Below are positions 63,342-64,000 of a DNA stretch of 64,000 nucleotides, one piece after another. Under the pieces are notes generated by a model. It saw only the letters and a program-made list of their open reading frames with translations. It made no database searches and was not told the origin of the DNA. The stretch lies in assembly GCF_902652985.1 (NCBI RefSeq), contig NC_047026.1, positions 11,284,001 to 11,348,000 on the forward strand. The letters run 5' to 3'. Within the stretch, counting starts at the first letter, position 1. Each line of letters starts with the position of its first letter. Position numbers and translations under genes: made by a program. This DNA comes from Pecten maximus. Taxonomy: Eukaryota.

Positions 63342-64000
63342 AATTTATTCATATGTTGAATGTTACAATTAGCACTATGTAAGAATCAAGAATAATAATT
63401 TTCAAAAGTTTTCGAAAAGTTGCGTAATTGTCTGGTATTGTCTTGGATTGTAATACACTGTATTCTAAACTGATAGAAAACTCTTCGACAAATCAACTGC
63501 TTCCAATGTAAACGCGATATAGGTCATTGCTATAATGATTCAAGTGGTCAGTCCAGTCTCAGATTGGAAAATGATTTGTATGACTAACGAATGGTCAGTT
63601 TATTTATCCAAAGATGTGGGTCACTTATGGCAATAAAAACGGACTTGTTAGTGTAGGCTCATGTGATACAGAAGCGTGACCATTGGTCATTCCAATTGGT
63701 CATCTCAAATTTAAATAGTTACGACCATTCTTTCGTGAGAAGGAGTCAAGTGAAGTTAAGTGAGTGCTTTCGGCCTTTGACGTGTCTGTAGTAATTACCT
63801 GAGCATTTTTGGTTTGATTTTAAAACCTGATAAGTCTCGATACTCACCTTGTAATACTACCTTATTTATACAAGTACCGATTTCTTTTTCAAACTTATCT
63901 GCCATCGTTACCTGAGGCAAAAGCCGGTAAAATGGTTTGATAATAAACGCCTTTAAATGATGTATTCGGAAAAATTATCTATTTCGCCTTTCATCACGCT

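Overview
AT-rich, intron-containing animal genomic DNA, most likely a bivalve mollusc (inferred from pearl/HINE-type elements and satellite types). Four recognisable genes were assembled by hand from GT-AG exons: a prominin (minus strand, 8 exons visible, runs off the left edge), mitochondrial peroxiredoxin PRDX3 (minus, 7 exons, 253 aa), LSM1 (plus, 4 exons, 133 aa, head-to-head with PRDX3) and a divergent HMX/NK5 homeobox gene (minus, 2 exons, 237 aa). The main observation is a cluster of three paralogous 4-exon genes at 12.1-29.7 kb that the ORF track shows only as fragments. They encode ~200-230 aa secreted proteins with four predicted amphipathic helices, 7 shared cysteines placed like those of LIF/oncostatin M, and intron phases 1-0-0. 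They look like candidate invertebrate long-chain four-helix (LIF/OSM/IL-6/Unpaired-type) cytokines, i.e. possible molluscan JAK/STAT ligands; this is inference from sequence pattern, not a database result. Paralog B has an apparent 1-bp frameshift in helix D. The rest is tandem satellites (28, 30/23, 42, 43, 48, 49 and 157 bp units), one of them an amplified prominin splice acceptor, plus non-autonomous DNA transposons and a decayed LINE. The long ORFs in the ORF track are satellite artefacts.
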